Of a stretch of DNA of 64,000 nt, positions 62,176 to 64,000 are shown piece after piece. A program made the translations under genes and the position numbers. The notes beneath the pieces were generated by a model, which worked only from the letters and a program-made list of their open reading frames with translations, had not been told where the DNA came from and made no database searches. Every line of letters starts with the position of its first letter. Within the stretch, counting starts at the first letter, position 1. The DNA is from Longimicrobiales bacterium (GTDB lineage: Bacteria > Gemmatimonadota > Gemmatimonadetes > Longimicrobiales > Gaopeijiaceae): contig CBDFIQ010000002.1 of NCBI GenBank assembly GCA_965248195.1, positions 800,001 to 864,000 of the forward strand. The letters run 5' to 3'.

Positions 62176-63551
62176 GGTCAAGTCCCGATTTGTGTGTAAA
62201 AGCGGAGGAAGCTCCTCGCCTTCGGCTAGGCTGCTTGGGCGACCTCCTGTTTCTGGAGGAGTGAGAGGTCGAGGTAACGCCGGTCGCCCCAGACGTGTGT
62301 GGTCCTGAGTGCGACGGCCGTGATGAGCCTGAGGGCGCTGGCCCGGTCCGGGAAGGCGCCGGCGGCCTTGATCCTGCGTTTGATCTCGCCGTGCAGCCGC
62401 TCGAGGCTGTTGGTGGTACGCAGCCGGGGCCAGTGCGCCTCGGGGAACGCGTAGAACTGCGTCGCTGCCCCGAAGCCCCGCTCCAGGACCTCCACGGCCT
62501 CGGGCAGCTCCTTCTTCCAGCGTGCGCCGAACTCGCCCAGGAGCTTCTTCGCCTCGGCGAGTCCGGATGTCTGGAAGATCACCGAGACCTCACGCGCCAC
62601 GCGCTTGCGTAGGCGGTGGGGGACCCTCGCCCCCACATTACGCTGCAGATGGACCGTACACCTCTGACGGCGTGCCTCGGGCAGGAAGCGGCGGACCGCA
62701 GCTGCCAGGCCTGCGTGCTCATCGGCGATCACGAGCTCGACACCGCCGAGGCCGCGGTCCTGGAGTTGCTCGAGGAGCTCCGACCAGCTCCGCTGCGACT
62801 CCTCAGCGCCCAGCGTGACGGCCAGGAGCCGTCGGTGACCCTCAGGGCCCACTGCATACGCCACGAGCGCACTCACGTTCTCGACTTTGCGGGCCCAGCG
62901 GGCGTCCAAGAACGTGGCGTCCAGGTACAGATAGGGGTGAGGCCCCTCGATCGGCGCACGGCGCAGCCCTTCCACGGCCTCGTCGAGCCGTTTTGCCACA
63001 CGACTCACCGTCGAGCGCCCAACACGCTCGCCCATCAGCGCCTCGGTGACGTCGCCCATCTTGCGCTGTGACACGCCGCTCACATACGCCTCGACCATCA
63101 TCTCGTCGAGCTCGGGGCTCCTGCGCTGGTAGCGGCCGATCACGTCGGCCGGCGAACCGTTGTCCCGGCTCCGGGGCATGGCGACCTCGATCTGCCCCAG
63201 GCTCGTCAGCAGCCGCCTCAGGTATGTGCCGTTCCTATGGTCCTTCCGGCTTCCCACCCGCTCGAAGCGGCGTGCACCTACCATGGCCTTCAGCTCCTCT
63301 TCCAGCACCATCTCGAGCGTCAGCCGGATCGCGCCTTGAAACAGCTCGCGCAAATCATCGCGTAGCTCGTCTTGCGTGGCCCGACCGATCTCCACAATCT
63401 CTTGCATCGGAAGCTCCTCTCCGGTTCCGAGCCTGCTCTGCAGACCCGGACTCCCGGGTTCATGTGACAGTGAACAACAACAGAGGAGCTTCCGTTTTTC
63501 TTTCCCTCCTGTCCAGCTTATCCGCTTTTACACAAATCTAGGGACACTACC
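62176..63551 (-). mobile_element. IS256-family insertion sequence, copy 2 (1376 bp) with 9-bp TSD GGCGCGCAC
   Basis: TSD at 62167-62175 and 63552-63560; same IRs as copy 1. Confidence 0.96.
62226..63407 (-). CDS. IS256-family transposase
   Basis: Differs from 25021-26202 at two visible residues (Q/R, M/V). Confidence 0.95.
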   Translation of the reverse strand: MQEIVEIGRATQDELRDDLRELFQGAIRLTLEMVLEEELKAMVGARRFERVGSRKDHRNGTYLRRLLTSLGQIEVAMPRSRDNGSPADVIGRYQRRSPELDEMMVEAYVSGVSQRKMGDVTEALMGERVGRSTVSRVAKRLDEAVEGLRRAPIEGPHPYLYLDATFLDARWARKVENVSALVAYAVGPEGHRRLLAVTLGAEESQRSWSELLEQLQDRGLGGVELVIADEHAGLAAAVRRFLPEARRQRCTVHLQRNVGARVPHRLRKRVAREVSVIFQTSGLAEAKKLLGEFGARWKKELPEAVEVLERGFGAATQFYAFPEAHWPRLRTTNSLERLHGEIKRRIKAAGAFPDRASALRLITAVALRTTHVWGDRRYLDLSLLQKQEVAQAA

Positions 63552-64000
63552 GGCGCGCACCTGCCACACATTCACCGAGGCGAAGCCGAGCCCGCCGGAG
63601 ACGAGCGTGGGGATCAGTCTCTGGGTCGTGGTACCGTCGCCGAGCTGGCCGTCAAAGTTGGTTCCCCAGCAATAGGCGTCGCCCGCGGCCGTGAGCCCGC
63701 ACGCGTTGGAGTGACCCGCGCTCACCGAGGCGAAGCTGAGTCCACCGGACACGAGCCTTGGGGTGTGTCTCTGGATCGTGGTGCCGTCGCCGAGTCGGCC
63801 GCTATTGTTGTCCCCCCAGCAGTAGGCGTCGCCCGCCGCCGTGATACTGCACGTGTGGGTTATCCCCGCGCTCACCGAGGCGAACGTCAAGACGATGTCA
63901 AATCCGGAACTGGTGGCGGCGGTGAGGGCGCCCGACGTGGCTTGGAGCGTATAGCTGCTGCCGGGCGCATCGATGCTCAGGTCGGAAAACGTGGCGATCC

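Larger units (their letters stand above)
61456..64000 (-). pseudogene. Ig-like plus 7x RCC1 repeat beta-propeller protein, interrupted by IS256; 5' end lies beyond the window
   Basis: Seven ~50-aa repeats (CGVTAAGDAYCWGxNxxGQLGDG); frame is restored by removing the IS and one TSD copy. Confidence 0.88.

Noticed and set aside
24877..63551. Composite transposon bounded by the two IS256 copies
   Set aside because: Copy 2 has its own TSD, the outer flanks do not match, and the interval holds essential genes.
61456..63890. CRISPR array or diversity-generating retroelement
   Set aside because: The 150-bp period is a protein repeat. No reverse transcriptase or template/variable repeat pair is present in the window.

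Overview
GC-rich bacterial chromosome segment, most consistent with a Gemmatimonadota-type organism (inferred from protein style and gene context, not from a search). Positions 1-24.8 kb hold mostly housekeeping genes (Clp-type ATPase fused to a receiver domain, sufE, rocD, rnd, pgi, smpB, amidase, pyrD, pyrF, cysS, panE) plus several secreted proteins. Positions ~24.9-36.7 kb form a decaying accessory island with IS256, truncated genes, a bactofilin module, a HEPN-like remnant, a lone tRNA-Thr(TGT), a frameshifted flavoprotein, and IS5, IS110/IS1111 and IS3-family elements. Positions 36.8-47.3 kb encode secreted proteins, an amidase, a diguanylate cyclase and oligopeptidase A. Positions 47.4-61.2 kb carry the tRNA-tuf-rpmG-secE-nusG-rplKAJL-rpoBC cluster. 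The window ends in an RCC1-repeat gene disrupted by a second IS256 copy. The strongest hunt result is the IS110/IS1111 element at 33208-34666. Its 3' non-coding end contains a readable bridge/seek RNA whose guide segments match both its insertion site and its own circle junction, and the reconstructed target resembles a degenerate integron attC site. Other highlights are a second attC-like site split by the IS3-type element, a ribosomal L10 with a perfect 3x75-bp acidic tail, and a glutaminyl-cyclase candidate alongside many Gln-starting secreted proteins. No CRISPR array or rRNA was seen. All calls were made by eye without database searches.
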